A DNA stretch of 63,588 nucleotides, filler included, from Rhabdomonas costata (taxonomy: Eukaryota): the NCBI GenBank assembly GCA_019059605.1. It is 40 parts of 40 records of this genome, joined end to end, with 100 filler letters (N's around TTAATTAATTAA, not from the genome) between each part and the next. Parts side by side here need not be neighbours in the genome. Positions count along the whole stretch, not along the records: positions 1 to 1,489 come from JAHMHO010014572.1; positions 1,590 to 3,084 come from JAHMHO010014573.1; positions 3,185 to 4,677 come from JAHMHO010014574.1; positions 4,778 to 6,270 come from JAHMHO010014575.1; positions 6,371 to 7,861 come from JAHMHO010014576.1; positions 7,962 to 9,458 come from JAHMHO010014577.1; positions 9,559 to 11,051 come from JAHMHO010014578.1; positions 11,152 to 12,644 come from JAHMHO010014579.1; 32 more parts are not named here. One strand, written 5' to 3'. Of the stretch, positions 1-12,023 are shown one piece after another (the stretch's first letter is position 1; each line of letters starts with the position of its first letter). A model generated the notes under the pieces. The model did not search any database and had not been told where the DNA came from. It saw only the letters and a list, made by a program, of their open reading frames with translations. Position numbers and translations under genes: made by a program.

Positions 1-469
1 GGGGGTGTTGGGCTACTGAAGATTGCAAGATGTTGGATGAGATGAAAGAAAATTCCCGCATTGAAAGGGCTCTCAGCTTCGGGGCGATCAACACAGTATT
101 TCAAGCATCCCAAAATTGCAGAAAGAACCAGCGGTGGTGGTACTGTGTGCTCTGGACCAGAGGAGAACAGGCGCGTGTGGGAGGTTCGAAGGTTCAGGGT
201 AATATCACCGTGGACACCGGGAATTGTCACAGTGTGATGCAAGGGTTTTGTGACAAAACAGGAACACTTCCCTTCACCTTACAGGTATTTGGGAGAAAAA
301 ACAGTTCTCCCGGATGTAATCACCAATCTGGTTAGCTACATATACAAAGTGGGGTCACAACAAACCCTTGCAACCCTATTTGTTTTTTTTAACATTTCTT
401 AAATTGTTTGTAAAATTTGTTCTTTAAAAATTGTTTAATGATTTCTAAAAATTTTTTTCAAACATTTAT

Positions 470-629
470 GCAAACTTTATTAGAGGGTTAAGCAGAAGCA
501 GGCCTGGGGTCTTTTGTACATACAGCAGGCCTCCCGAAACGCTGGGTGGCCGGTCCTTGAGGTTGAGGACATTTTTTGTACATTTGTACATTTTTTCAAA
601 CATCAGCGCAAACTTTAATAGAGGGTTAA
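470..629 (+). repeat. 22-bp direct repeat pair
   Basis: gcaaactttattagagggttaa (470-491) and gcaaactttaatagagggttaa (608-629) match at 21/22 positions. Confidence 0.8.
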
Positions 630-1061
630 TATGGCCGAAGGTCTTCGGGGTCAGAATTTTTTCTGACATTTATTTTTTTTACCTTTCACCCTCGGATGGT
701 TGTTTTTAGAATTCAGGTAATGATTTTCAGTAAGGTAAGACGACGGGAGATGACCCAAAGGGGATGTGAGGGGTTCCGAATGCACACGAAATTATGGTTC
801 CCATCACTATCAGAATTACGTGTGGGAAGAGAATGTCGAGCAAGTGCCACAGTGGAGTGGGGAAAAATTGAACATTCAAGGGTCATTGCAATTCTCAGCC
901 TTGCTTACGCGGACGTTCCTATCCCAGATTCCAGCCCATAAGGACATGCGGAGGGGTTGGGTGGGGGTAGACCAAAATCCAACCAAATGTCACACTACAA
1001 GGGGGTGCATCTATGAATCGCTCGTATGGCTTACCCCATCAGTGCTGCGCAAAACTTGTAC

Positions 1062-1220
1062 CTCACGCTGAAGCGCGTCGGCCTTCTGCTGGGCGCTGTC
1101 CCGCTCCTCTTTTATGGCGGCTAGGCTGCGGTGAAGCTCAGTCTTGGCCTGGCGAAGGTCCAGGAGCTCCTCCTCCGTGGATGCCGCGGAGAGAGCGAGC
1201 GCCGCTTCGGCCTCTCCAAG
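1062..1220 (-). CDS. Internal exon of a coiled-coil protein
   Basis: Boundaries cccag|CTT...GAG|gtacaa, 159 nt. LGEAEAALALSAASTEEELLDLRQAKTELHRSLAAIKEERDSAQQKADALQRE has a heptad pattern. Confidence 0.5.
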
Positions 1221-1489
1221 CTGGGTCGAAGACAAACAAACAATCAACAGATCAAACCGGAGCTCGACAACCCTTCAGCAAAACTGCAGATGATACGCAG
1301 CCCGGCTTCAGCAGTCCATGGGATAGCGGATTCTTTTCGGGAGAGAGAGAGAGAAGGTGAAAAAAAATTTAGCACCGCGGGGGCGAGGCCAGCCTTCGGA
1401 TCTTCCAAAGCGGGAGTCTGAGCTGGGGATTAGCACGGGAGCGTATATCGTCACACCACACCAAGAAAACCACGCTAACCACCCAACAC

Positions 1490-1589
1490 NNNNNNNNNNN
1501 NNNNNNNNNNNNNNNNNNNNNNNNNNNNNNNNNTTAATTAATTAANNNNNNNNNNNNNNNNNNNNNNNNNNNNNNNNNNNNNNNNNNNN
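1490..1589. other. Artificial contig-joining spacer (N44-TTAATTAATTAA-N44); first of 39 identical spacers, about every 1.59 kb
   Basis: The same 100-nt spacer, with a six-frame-stop 12-mer at its centre, recurs at 3085, 4678, 6271, 7862 ... 60412 and 62003. Contigs between spacers are all ~1.49 kb, as expected for a size-sorted bin. Confidence 0.99.
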
Positions 1590-4500
1590 GGTGGTTGGTA
1601 AACCCCACGATTCGGCGCATCGTTCGCCTTGTAACACGTTTTTATAACCCGAGCGTAGAAACAATGTAGGAAGGCGAACGATGCGCCGAATCGTGGGGTT
1701 TACACACCACTCAAGGGGCACCCACCAGGCTTAGCGGTCTAGTTAATACCGCATTATATAAGTGGCTTAATTTGAGTTTCACCCTGAAAGTGAGTATTTT
1801 ACGCTTGTTTTCTCAAATTTTGCTGATCCCTCAAGGTACGATCAAAAATTAACCCATTATTACCAATTAGATGAAATTCCGTCCAAATGTCTCGCACCGA
1901 GAACTGCGCACTGGTGTTGCTCTTGCGGCAGTGAAACGTGTTTCATCATCGTGGGTATGCTGGGCTGGACATAGAAATTTCTAAAAGGCGTTTTGGGAGA
2001 CACACTAAATATGGAGGGCATCCCAATACAGGGCACTCGGCGCCTCCGCTAGCGGCGAGAGGCCTTGGAACGAAGGGGCATTCCTTTGAAGGTAATCTGT
2101 TGGATCGTAGGATGAGTGTGCTTCTGGAAGTGCCTGGCTTCCATTGTGTTTTCTGGATACTGCTAGCGGTCGTTCCTGAAAAAAAGACCCCTTGCGTGTG
2201 GTGGACCCTGTACCCTGCTTTGGCCATTGTCACCCCTGCTGTGGGGCGGGATGCATTGCAAATGTTTACCCCATTCACAAGAAAAAGTTGTCAAAAGTTG
2301 TCAAGAGTAACTCAGAAACAGAGTTCTCTGTCCGGGAAGCTTGTAAGAGTTGCCGTCTCGCGTCCCCGCCCTAAACTACGTCACAGCCTTTGGCTTACAT
2401 CTGCACCAGCGGTACTTCCGGTATATTGCACTTCGAACCAAAAATGTCCTCAGTGAACACAAACGCGAGTTTGGAAACCACGCCAGATCGTCCATATGTG
2501 GTACAAAAGCGTTTCTCCAGTGTGTTAAATGAGTTCGATAAAGCTTGACTTAGTTGGAAGCGCTAGAGTCTTCAACAAATCTTCAACAAATGAAACAAAC
2601 CTCCCCGTTTGCGATCCTGGCAGTCAAGAGCTGCTTGGGTGCCATGAGAAACGTCCAAAAACGTCAAAAATACCTGAAGTTTGCTAAGTTTAAAATGTGG
2701 TATCTGTTGGAAAAATAAATATCAATGATCCAACAAAATACATTTGCTCATCAGCTGCTTTGCCCATTGCAAAGGTTAGGATAACCTTTCTTGCGGGGGT
2801 CTTGAGTCAGATACAGTAAGTTTCGACACTGTGTGATACTGATCTGTGCTGTCCTCCCCACTATTTATGTTTATATTTTTTTTACTGTGGCAGGACACAG
2901 TGATGACTCAACCCACCGTACCCGAGTCACGCACTCCATGGCAGTGGTTGAGACGTAGTGACGGGTGATGGCGCTATGCACAGGGAGTACCGTACGGGTA
3001 GCAGTACCATACATGTTACATCCTCAGGATAACGTCAACGCTCAAGCCATTTGGGTATGGCTAGCTCATTTCCCCCCACCCCACNNNNNNNNNNNNNNNN
3101 NNNNNNNNNNNNNNNNNNNNNNNNNNNNTTAATTAATTAANNNNNNNNNNNNNNNNNNNNNNNNNNNNNNNNNNNNNNNNNNNNGTTGGGGGGTGTGAAG
3201 GAGGCGACATTCCGCTTGCGCGTGGCCTCTGCCTCACTCGGGGGGGTTTCGTGCATCCAGACGGTAGAGAGTTTTCGGTTTGGTTGTGTGAGTTTTGTTT
3301 GTCCGCTGATGCCCTCCAGATACGCACTTCTTCTTCCCCAAAGTGACGCCCATTTCCACTGTGGCGCGTAAAGGTTAGACCCGTGGTGCTTTCTGTCTCT
3401 TTCTCTTCGGTTTCGTGATAGTGTGTCCCTGCCGATTGCCCGCTGTTGCTGTGACAAAGTCCGCTTCTGGTGAACTTGTGTCGGGCGCAGCTGTGGCACG
3501 TAGGGAGCACTCTTTCTTTCCTTTTTTTTATCAGCTTTCTTCTCCAGGGTGTCGGCGCTTCTGTGGGCTTCGGCGCATTCCAAAGATGGAACGAAGAAAC
3601 GCACATCATACTTCTTTTATGGGGAGGAGGAGGGAACTTGAGGGTTTTGGAGCATCCTTGTTCCACCCAATTCTCAACGGCCCAGTGGTGGCCAGGTTGT
3701 CCGGGTTAGTTCAACCTCAAGAGAGCCCAAGTATCAGCAGCACTCCTCCCCATCGTGATCGTGTAGCTCCCCTCGTACAGGTACAGTAATCTGTGGCACA
3801 GTGCGTCTTTCTTTTAGGCATCTGTGATGCCTTTCCCCTGTCCTTTGAGCCCCAGGCTCCTGTTTGGCTTTTGCTCGCATACTCACTTTGGCCCGCTTTT
3901 GCCGAGAACCTGTTGGACCTTTTCGGAGTACTGTGATCTTTGTTTTGACTTTTCGGAGAGTGAGGAGGAATCAATCAATGCCGTCCGGTCCGTTTCTGAA
4001 CGGTTTTGGCAAAAGCCAAGTCATTAATTTCCACAAAATCGCAAGCCTTCTAACAACGGATGGATTCCTGGTGATATATCTTTGATTCTGAGCAGGCCGT
4101 TTCCAGGGAGCAACACACATGACCTAGTTTTTCTTGTGGAGTGAATACCTCACGTGACCGCCGGTGTTTTCTGCTTTGCACTGGGAGTTTCTTGGATGAC
4201 GGCTATCACTTCTGTCGTGCAGTCCCAAAATTGCTCGCTTTTGGTGCTTGTGTTTGTGTGAAGGATTTGTATATTGGCAAACGCAAACACACTTTCTTTT
4301 CTGCTCAGCCTGCTTTCTCTTTAGTTACCCTCTTGCCATGGCCTCCATCCCCTTCACTCAGCTTCCGCATCGGCTCCTGCCCCTATCACCTGAGGTGAGC
4401 CTCCCCTAATTATAGCGGTTGCACTGGGTGAGGACTTTCGGCGTGAGTTGATGAGTAATCTTGGGCCCCGCTAAGTTTTTGTGCCCCATACAATCATCGC

Positions 4501-5802
4501 ATTATGCATCATGTCACGATGCCCGTTCCCCACTCCTCCTCAAAAGACCGAGTGTTTCACCGCAGTACTTGAGTTTAGGAGACAATGCGACGCTTGCAGT
4601 GCAGCGTGATATGTTAGAAGCATTCTCGCACGCCAGTACCCCCCACCCTGCCTGCATGAAGGAGTTTCCAACCCACANNNNNNNNNNNNNNNNNNNNNNN
4701 NNNNNNNNNNNNNNNNNNNNNTTAATTAATTAANNNNNNNNNNNNNNNNNNNNNNNNNNNNNNNNNNNNNNNNNNNNGTGTGTGGGGGTTTCGTGAGAAA
4801 CGTGCTGTGTTGGCCCGTGGTGCTGTGCAGTTACTTTGCATCTGCCTAACGGGTTAGTAGAAAAACGGAATTTTCCGCAAGGAAATCTTGTGCTCTCCTT
4901 CCTCTTGTCACCTCCTGTGTGGCTCGCAATTCGCAATTCCCTATATGTGAGCACATACTCCATTCTCCCATATTCCCAATCTTTCATCCCATTCTGAAGC
5001 CGCTAATTCCCTGACCTCCAGCACCAGAGGACTGGTGGTTGCCTCCCCCAGTGACTTGGCTTTAGTGCGAAGCTGAGAGGTGGTGGTCATTGTCAGTCAC
5101 GAACGTCGAGGCTGTTGGCAACACATGACAATCGATCATATGAGGGGACTGAAGAAGGAGGGTGGAACAACAGACGGGTACGACAATTGGAGCAGAGAAT
5201 TTTCCCAAATATGTGCATGTTCTTTCATGGCACGTACATGGAACGACCAGGAATGCTTGTGGATGTGTGGCAATCAACCGATGTCAGTGCCCCCGTACCA
5301 AGTTGAGGAGAAGGTTTTCAGGCAGGAAGCCCTCCAGCACTTGGGTAAATAGCCAGAATACACTCTCCCCCTGAAGGCAAAATAGAAAAGGGCGTGGAAA
5401 AGGGGATGCCATTTTACCAACGGCATGGCAGGCTGTGGGTATTCAAAAAGTTCAAGTCAAAGTCAGACGAAATGAGGCGCAAAATACCACCCAGCTTACC
5501 AAATTGACCCCCACTTCGGACTGACGTTTCAGGTGAGGAAGTTCGCGTGACCTCTGCTCTGACACTCCTAATTTTTGGTTTGCGATTTATGCGGTGAAGA
5601 TGCTCAAGTGGGTTCTTGCGTGTGTCGGTGCGGCGAGTTCGGTTCGGGTTCGGTTTGTCATACGGTTTTGCGGCTGTTTCGTGGTTCAGGGTACGCGTGC
5701 AGTTGGCGTGGGCGTGCGGAATCTCTTGGAATGTCTTCTGACAAATCGGCCAGATTTCTACACACAACACCGAGCGGCAGAAGAAGATGGAGAAGAACGC
5801 AC

Positions 5803-5961
5803 TTTGGCGGCCAATCTGCGGCAACCCAGGGCGACGGCGTAGGCCAGCTCGTGGGCACGCGTTGTGGAGCCCTGGCGCTTCGCCAGCCACGGCAGGAAGA
5901 ACGCCGAGAACGATGCTGGAGTGCGCGGGCTGGGTACCTCCAACCGGTCCTGCAGACTTTC
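5803..5961 (-). CDS. Internal exon, unknown protein (weak resemblance to the TSNAXIP1-like helical region)
   Basis: Boundaries tgcag|GAA...AAA|gtgcgt, 159 nt, GC-rich. Translation ESLQDRLEVPSPRTPASFSAFFLPWLAKRQGSTTRAHELAYAVALGCRRLAAK. The family guess is weak. Confidence 0.35.
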
Positions 5962-7703
5962 CTGCACGCAACAGTGGCATACAGAGTGCTGAGGCGTAGC
6001 CGTGAGTGCATTCCTCGCCCCTGAGAACACTGAAATCACAAATCACAGAAACATTTGGCGAAAGCAGCAGGGGGGGGGCTTTTTAATAGGGGGTTTATTT
6101 CTCTCTCTCTCTCTCCTCTTTTTTTTTTTTTGCTTTGGGTGGTCGCAACCGTATTGCCTCTAACCAGCGCGAGGTTGTTCAAAACGAACTGCACCAAAAC
6201 AGAAATGGGCAGGGTGAGGTCCGCCAAGGCGGTCTCAATTTCCGCTCACAATAACAGAATCAAAAAAACANNNNNNNNNNNNNNNNNNNNNNNNNNNNNN
6301 NNNNNNNNNNNNNNTTAATTAATTAANNNNNNNNNNNNNNNNNNNNNNNNNNNNNNNNNNNNNNNNNNNNTGTTGTTTTTCTGCGATTGCTATTCTTCCA
6401 CATGGGTTCAGCCGGCTTCGGGACCCTCACCAACAGTCGGGGCCTCACCAAAAATGAGGGGGTAGGATCACTTATTTAGTCCCACAAAGTCACTTTATCG
6501 CTCTGCCATGGTCACTCCAGGCCAGACCCGACGCCGTGTCGCTCGCCTTCACCCAAATTCCGGCTACAGGTTAGACGTCAGCCATCCAGATTTGACTTGC
6601 AAGGAACAGTGGAACTGGTCACCTAACCCTATTCTGTAAGTCATTTCGAGGGTGCTTCCTGAGCTTTACAAGTTAGAATGAGAACATTCTTCGATGATTA
6701 TTTTTCTGTTGCAATCTGTCTTTCTGTTGCAATCTCGGAAGTATGGTGTTTTCTATGTCCGATTTGTGGTTTATCGAGGTTCCTGCGACCAGCTGATGTC
6801 AACTCGCGGACTGAAGCGGAGGTTTGGTTGAATCCCATTTTTTTAGATTTTTAAGATTTCAGGATAAGGCTGCTGTATACCAATAGACCCCGAAACTGAT
6901 TCGGCTTAGCCCTCAATTGTTCTTGTTGTTTTCAGGATAAGGGATATGTTATTTACGAGTCTCTGTCCACTATTGCTTTTTTTTTTGCATATTTTTTCAC
7001 TGACGGAATAGCTTGCCATCATCCGTGCACATGTGGTGAGCATTGCATCAAGATATTTTTGATCCACCCGCCGTCTCAGAAGATGATTTGTGCAAGAGAA
7101 AAAATTACCGACCATTTTATTTCCTGGTTATTTTCATCCCCACGTTCATTGCGTTGACGGTTGCATCGGGTTTCCTGGGAGATTGATTTTCTATGTGACG
7201 CATATGCGGGTTGGGCTATTGGGTTCATCCGACAGTTAGGGAGGGGGTTTGCCGAGAATGCTTGGAAGAATTTTTGAGCTCGCTATGCCTCTACCATTGG
7301 AAAATGTTTCGTGTACTGCGGATCCTTCAGACGTCATCCGGAAAATATTTATTTTATGAGCACGCGCGTCATCCAAGCGACGTGCAAACGATTTGCTCGC
7401 CTACCCCATAACTTCAAGCAAGCCTATGATTTTTCCCGTGTTGCGACACAGTACATGTGGTTACTGCGTGTCCTTTGCTTGCTCACATGCAACACAGACT
7501 GTTGCCCCAATCGTTCGCTTTACTTTTCTGGTTGTTCACTGCCATCTTCAGGGTTTTTTCTACATTCTGAGGAAATGTCGTGCCTTATTCTTGACCAAAG
7601 AAGCAAGAAAGTCTCTCTATGTCATGATTGGGCTGAAGCGAAAAACTTAGTGCTGAAATGTGCGTCTCGGAGCTCCCTTCAACTGCTCGACCTTACCTCC
7701 GCA

Positions 7704-7861
7704 ATGCGCCAGCCCGCTGTTGCGGCAGGCATCTTCCACCTGACATATATATCCCGAGAAACCCACCGCTTCACCGAAAACCAGTTGCATCAGGTTGCAA
7801 GCAAGTCGGAGGCCTTTAACTCCCAGGTGGGTATCACGGGCTTCCTGATTTACTCCCGTCC
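7704..7861 (+). CDS. BLUF (blue-light sensing, FAD) domain N-terminal half, PAC-like; truncated by the contig end
   Basis: (MRQPAVAAG)IFHLTYISRETHRFTENQLHQVASKSEAFNSQVGITGFLIYSRP contains the BLUF Y-x-S motif with the conserved Tyr, the conserved Asn and G-I-T-G-x-L. The start may instead be the AG acceptor at 7727-7728. Confidence 0.85.
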
Positions 7862-8052
7862 NNNNNNNNNNNNNNNNNNNNNNNNNNNNNNNNNNNNNNN
7901 NNNNNTTAATTAATTAANNNNNNNNNNNNNNNNNNNNNNNNNNNNNNNNNNNNNNNNNNNNTGTGTTTTGGCAGAGATTACTTGTTGGTTTGTTGTTTGA
8001 AAGTTGATGATGGAAGATCGAAGAAGAAAGAACGTCTGCCCTGTTTACACAG

Positions 8053-9185
8053 ATGCAAACCGTGGCCTACAACGGCAATCTCCTCCTGAACGTCGGGCCC
8101 ACGGCCGACGGGCGGATCCCGGTGTTGTTTGAGGACCGCCTGCGGGCGATCGGGAAGTGGCTTCAGGTCAACGGGGAGGCCGTCTTCGACACGGTGCCGT
8201 GGACCGTGGCACAGCAGTTTGAGTACGAGTCTGGGGTTCCGCCCGGGGCGGGCAGGCTGCGCCGAGGAAGGCGGTGGATGTTTTCCGAAGAGATGGGCAC
8301 ACCAGGGTTCTACACCAGGTCGTCACGTTTGCAACGGAAGGAAATGAGCGAGTGGAGTGGAAAAGAGAGAGATGATTCAGCCTCAGCGCAATGCTTGACC
8401 TAAACTTTGGTATTTTTGTTGGAACTCGGACGAAAAAGGGGGCCGTTATTACTTTTTTGAGGCTTCCTTTGGGGTGCACTGCCATGGATCCAAAAGAATT
8501 ACCACGAACAGCTGAAGTTGCTTGTGGAATCGACAGACATGAGCATGAGAGGGTGGAAAATGGGTTTGCTTCGTGTCGTTAATGTAAATGCACACCAGGC
8601 TGCTGCCTGGGCTGCTGCTCGAAGTGTTGACGAGCCTATTTTTGCCGCCCACCCATCCCTCCAACTTTCGGTCAGCCCGCCGTTTGCTCAGCGCTTTTCC
8701 TTTTCCAGGGCCTTTGCGGCCTTTTTTTGCTGTTAATAATGTCCCAATTATGACACATGATGATGGTATATATGGGCACGATGATATTGCGAATTGAAAT
8801 TGCATTCGAATAGCATGTGCGCAGGCAACTTCGTCTTCTGTTCACTCCTCTCCCCTCGGTACTAATTGGGTAATTGGGGATCTCCCGTTCGTCCACCAGC
8901 AAGCCGCCTGGGGAGCTCTTCGCGGCCTTCTTTGTGTGGCCCCAAAACGGCCAGCTGGAGCTCCCCGATATCACGTCCTGTCCCTCGGGTGGCCCCGTGC
9001 GGCCCACCATCCGCCTACTGGGGCAGCCTTCGGGGGCCCGGTTGGTCTTCCGCCCCACCGAAGGGGGCTCCAAAGGGGTTGTGGTGAAGCTGCCTGTGCT
9101 GACCCCGGCTTCCCCGTTGTCCCGCGCCGAGGGCTGGGTGCTCAAGCTGTCCGGGTTTGGGCCCCCGTGCGGGGCGAAGGAGTAG
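8053..9185 (+). CDS. Alpha-L-fucosidase (GH29), last exons
   Basis: Exon 8053-8318 reads [48 protein letters not shown]...FYT. A GT-AG intron at 8319-8899 joins in frame to give [25 protein letters not shown]...GWVLKLSGF...* (fucosidase C-terminal domain), stop at 9185. Confidence 0.92.
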
Positions 9186-9401
9186 GACACCCTTAGAGGC
9201 CAGACCGGGCCGTCACCGTGAGACACACACACACACACACAACATAGACGTCACATAGACGCATTAATCAAAGAAGAAAACACACTTAAACGTCGTCCGC
9301 TCCCAAGCCCCTCTCGAGAGCACCCGTGGCCAACAGCCCGTGCGCCCGTCAGTCCACAGTGGTCCCCAACAGTCAGGCTTCAGCCAGCGCACTGTGGGTC
9401 C

Positions 9402-9402
<1 letters not shown>

Positions 9403-9450
<48 letters not shown>
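9403..9450 (+). repeat. (CA)n microsatellite
   Basis: About 21 CA units. Similar (CA/TG)n tracts occur near 9223, 51777, 54340-54378 and 56951. Confidence 0.95.
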
Positions 9451-9451
<1 letters not shown>

Positions 9452-9966
9452 AACAACANNNNNNNNNNNNNNNNNNNNNNNNNNNNNNNNNNNNNNNNNN
9501 NNTTAATTAATTAANNNNNNNNNNNNNNNNNNNNNNNNNNNNNNNNNNNNNNNNNNNNGTGTGTTCATCTTGGGTGCCTTGGCTATGGGTGTTAGAGGGA
9601 ACTGTCATCACTGGCAGTGCAACCAGTAATTGCAATCACTGGTTGCACTGCCAGTGATGACAGTTCCCTCTAACACCCATAGCCAAGGCACCCAAGATGA
9701 ACACATCAACCAGATTCTCAGGACCGCTTTTGTTGGGGAAAGTAGCACTTTGGGGCTGTTTTGAATGCACTAAAGAGGTGTAGGCTAAGGGAGGCTGAGG
9801 CTGTTTTGGCACTTTGCTCTGTGGACGATGGAGCCTTCGACAACTGACCCCCACCGCAACTAACTGGGATTGGAATGGAAGCTTCATCGCATCTTGCACT
9901 TCATCCTCATCCTTGAGATGTCTCACCGTGCAGGAACCCCGGATATCTGAGTGCGGGTGAACGCAC

Positions 9967-10651
9967 CTGGCAATCGTCTTGTGCAGCTCGGCGACCTCAT
10001 CGGCGGCACGCCCTAGCCGCCCCCGCAGGCAAAGCCGCAGGGCATCCAGGGTAGCCAACGGACTCTGCTTCTTCAGCGCTTCTCTTTCCGTGGCCTACAC
10101 GCAACCACTCGCACAAGAAGACCCACGCTCTCTGACGACCCCGAAAGTCATGTAAGCCCAACCCCGCACCTCAAAGCCGTGAAATGCCTCCCTGGGGTGG
10201 CACAGCCTAACTTCCGCCTTTCTTTCCCCATTGCAGTGATTACTCTGGTGATCACACTGCACGAACTGCATGGGAAATTACTCCTTTGTCTCACCCGTGG
10301 GAACAGCTGACTACAGCCGAAGCAATTAGGATCAACGTGCAAGAGAAACGCGGATTGAAGTTGTGGGTATGCACTTTCGCCGAACTTCGGCAGGCCGATC
10401 CCTCAGAGATAAAAAAAAAAGTTCGCAGTTCAATTCGGAAACGATCGCCGCGAAAGCCGATTTTCGCACCCCAATTCACATGTATCCTCATAGACGCCTA
10501 AGGTGTAGGAAACCAGTCCGGCAACCCACCACACCCCCTCCTAAGGCACCAACCTCGCGTCGCCTCAGCTCCTCCAGTGCCTGCTCCGCAGTGGTCGCGG
10601 GCACCACCACTGGGGCCGCGGCCCCAGGCGCAGCTCCCCCAGCACCCGCTA
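9967..10651 (-). CDS. Two exons of an unknown helical/coiled-coil protein
   Basis: Exons 10651-10554 and 10094-9967 have AG/GT boundaries and join in frame: ...PATTAEQALEELRRRE|ATEREALKKQSPLATLDALRLCLRGRLGRAADEVAELHKTIAR. Confidence 0.5.
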
Positions 10652-11910
10652 CTGCGGCGAGACACACAAGACGGACTTTCAGTTTTCCACGCATTCCACG
10701 CTTTTGAGTATTGTAGCTGTCCGTATTTTCCCTTGTGCGATCATCGTCACCTCCTGGGCGTTTAGAGGATTGACACTTAAAACAAGGGGGTGTACACCTG
10801 CAGGCTATATTTACACAAAAAATTCGTTGCGGAAACTATGTGAAATAATCACCTGAACAGCACGGTTGCTTGGAATATTTACCGGTGCAACTCAACGGCG
10901 GCATTAACGTCACAATTTTATTTCTCAGGTAGTAAAGACAAATTGGAAATCTCTAAGATACCTAAGATTGTCATGGTCACGTTTGGCAGAAATAAAATTG
11001 TGACGTTAATGCCGCCGTTGAGTTGCACCGGTAAATATTCCAACCAACCCCNNNNNNNNNNNNNNNNNNNNNNNNNNNNNNNNNNNNNNNNNNNNTTAAT
11101 TAATTAANNNNNNNNNNNNNNNNNNNNNNNNNNNNNNNNNNNNNNNNNNNNTTTTTTGGTGATTTTCTTGTATTTTTCTGTAAAGGCAACCTGGCAGCTG
11201 TAATGCAGCTGTACAATTGTGGGAGATGGTTTTGCTTTCTGCAGACTGTGTGAGTCGTTTCCCTTTGCTTGTGTTAATTAACCTACGCTGGGGAAGAGGA
11301 CATGACCGATCGATCATCAGCATTGGAGCAATTTACCACGTCTTAGAGAGTTAATTGCTTCTGAACGAGTTGACGAAGTCGGTTTGACCACAGGTGAATT
11401 TGATTTTTTCAGCTGCATACCCCACATTGTGTGCTGTGTCTGATATTTTACGGGATCCACTCGGGAAGCAGCACAGTTTTGAGGACGTTTGAGAAAAATC
11501 AAACACGTCTCTTCAGTCACCATCTATGGATAACACCATTTTCGTTTCCCGTATGCTAACGCATATAGTTACTTCTTATTCAAAACGGATGGGTTCGGGT
11601 ACTTTTCGAGCGTGTTTTGTGCCATTAATTAATCAAGCAGTCTCAGTCAGAATAACAGCTGAAAGTCCAGTGGGCACTGACTGATGGTCTCGTGCCTTCA
11701 ATGCGTCTCCAGGAGCGTTCGGATCATTTTGTCGTTAATCTTGTTGTTGTTCAAGAAGGTGATACTCGCAAGATCGAGTGCCAAAAAATGTTGCAGAAAA
11801 ATGTTTTTGCGAATTCGAAGCATGAGCCCAGTCGGGCTTGAACTGTTTTGCCCGCTGTTCAAAGGGTTTTGTGAGATGCCAATGAGAGAAATTGACGTAA
11901 ACCATTTTTA

Positions 11911-12023
11911 TGAATACGCTTCAGTTGCGAACGCTATTCATCAATAGCGAACACTGCTTACGGTTGAATAGCGAACTCCACTCGCAAGGTGAATAGCGCC
12001 CTTACGCAAAAGTGAATACAGCG
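11911..12023. repeat. Array of TGAATAGCG-like 9-mers at 23-25 bp spacing, with one inverted copy
   Basis: Copies at 11911 (variant), 11932-11940 (reverse complement), 11941, 11965, 11990 and 12013 (variant). Confidence 0.7.

Noticed and set aside
1534-1545. Regularly spaced TTAATTAATTAA repeats as a CRISPR-like or biological array
   Set aside because: Always centred between two 44-N runs. It is an artificial six-frame-stop spacer.
1938-2456. 172-aa ORF, and most other ORF-track entries
   Set aside because: No motifs, no exon-like composition and no splice support. Many ORFs run into N spacers or are antisense shadows of real exons.
9560-9705. 68-bp perfect hairpin as a miRNA precursor or MITE
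   Set aside because: It starts at the contig edge like about ten other fold-backs, so it is best explained as an amplification artefact.
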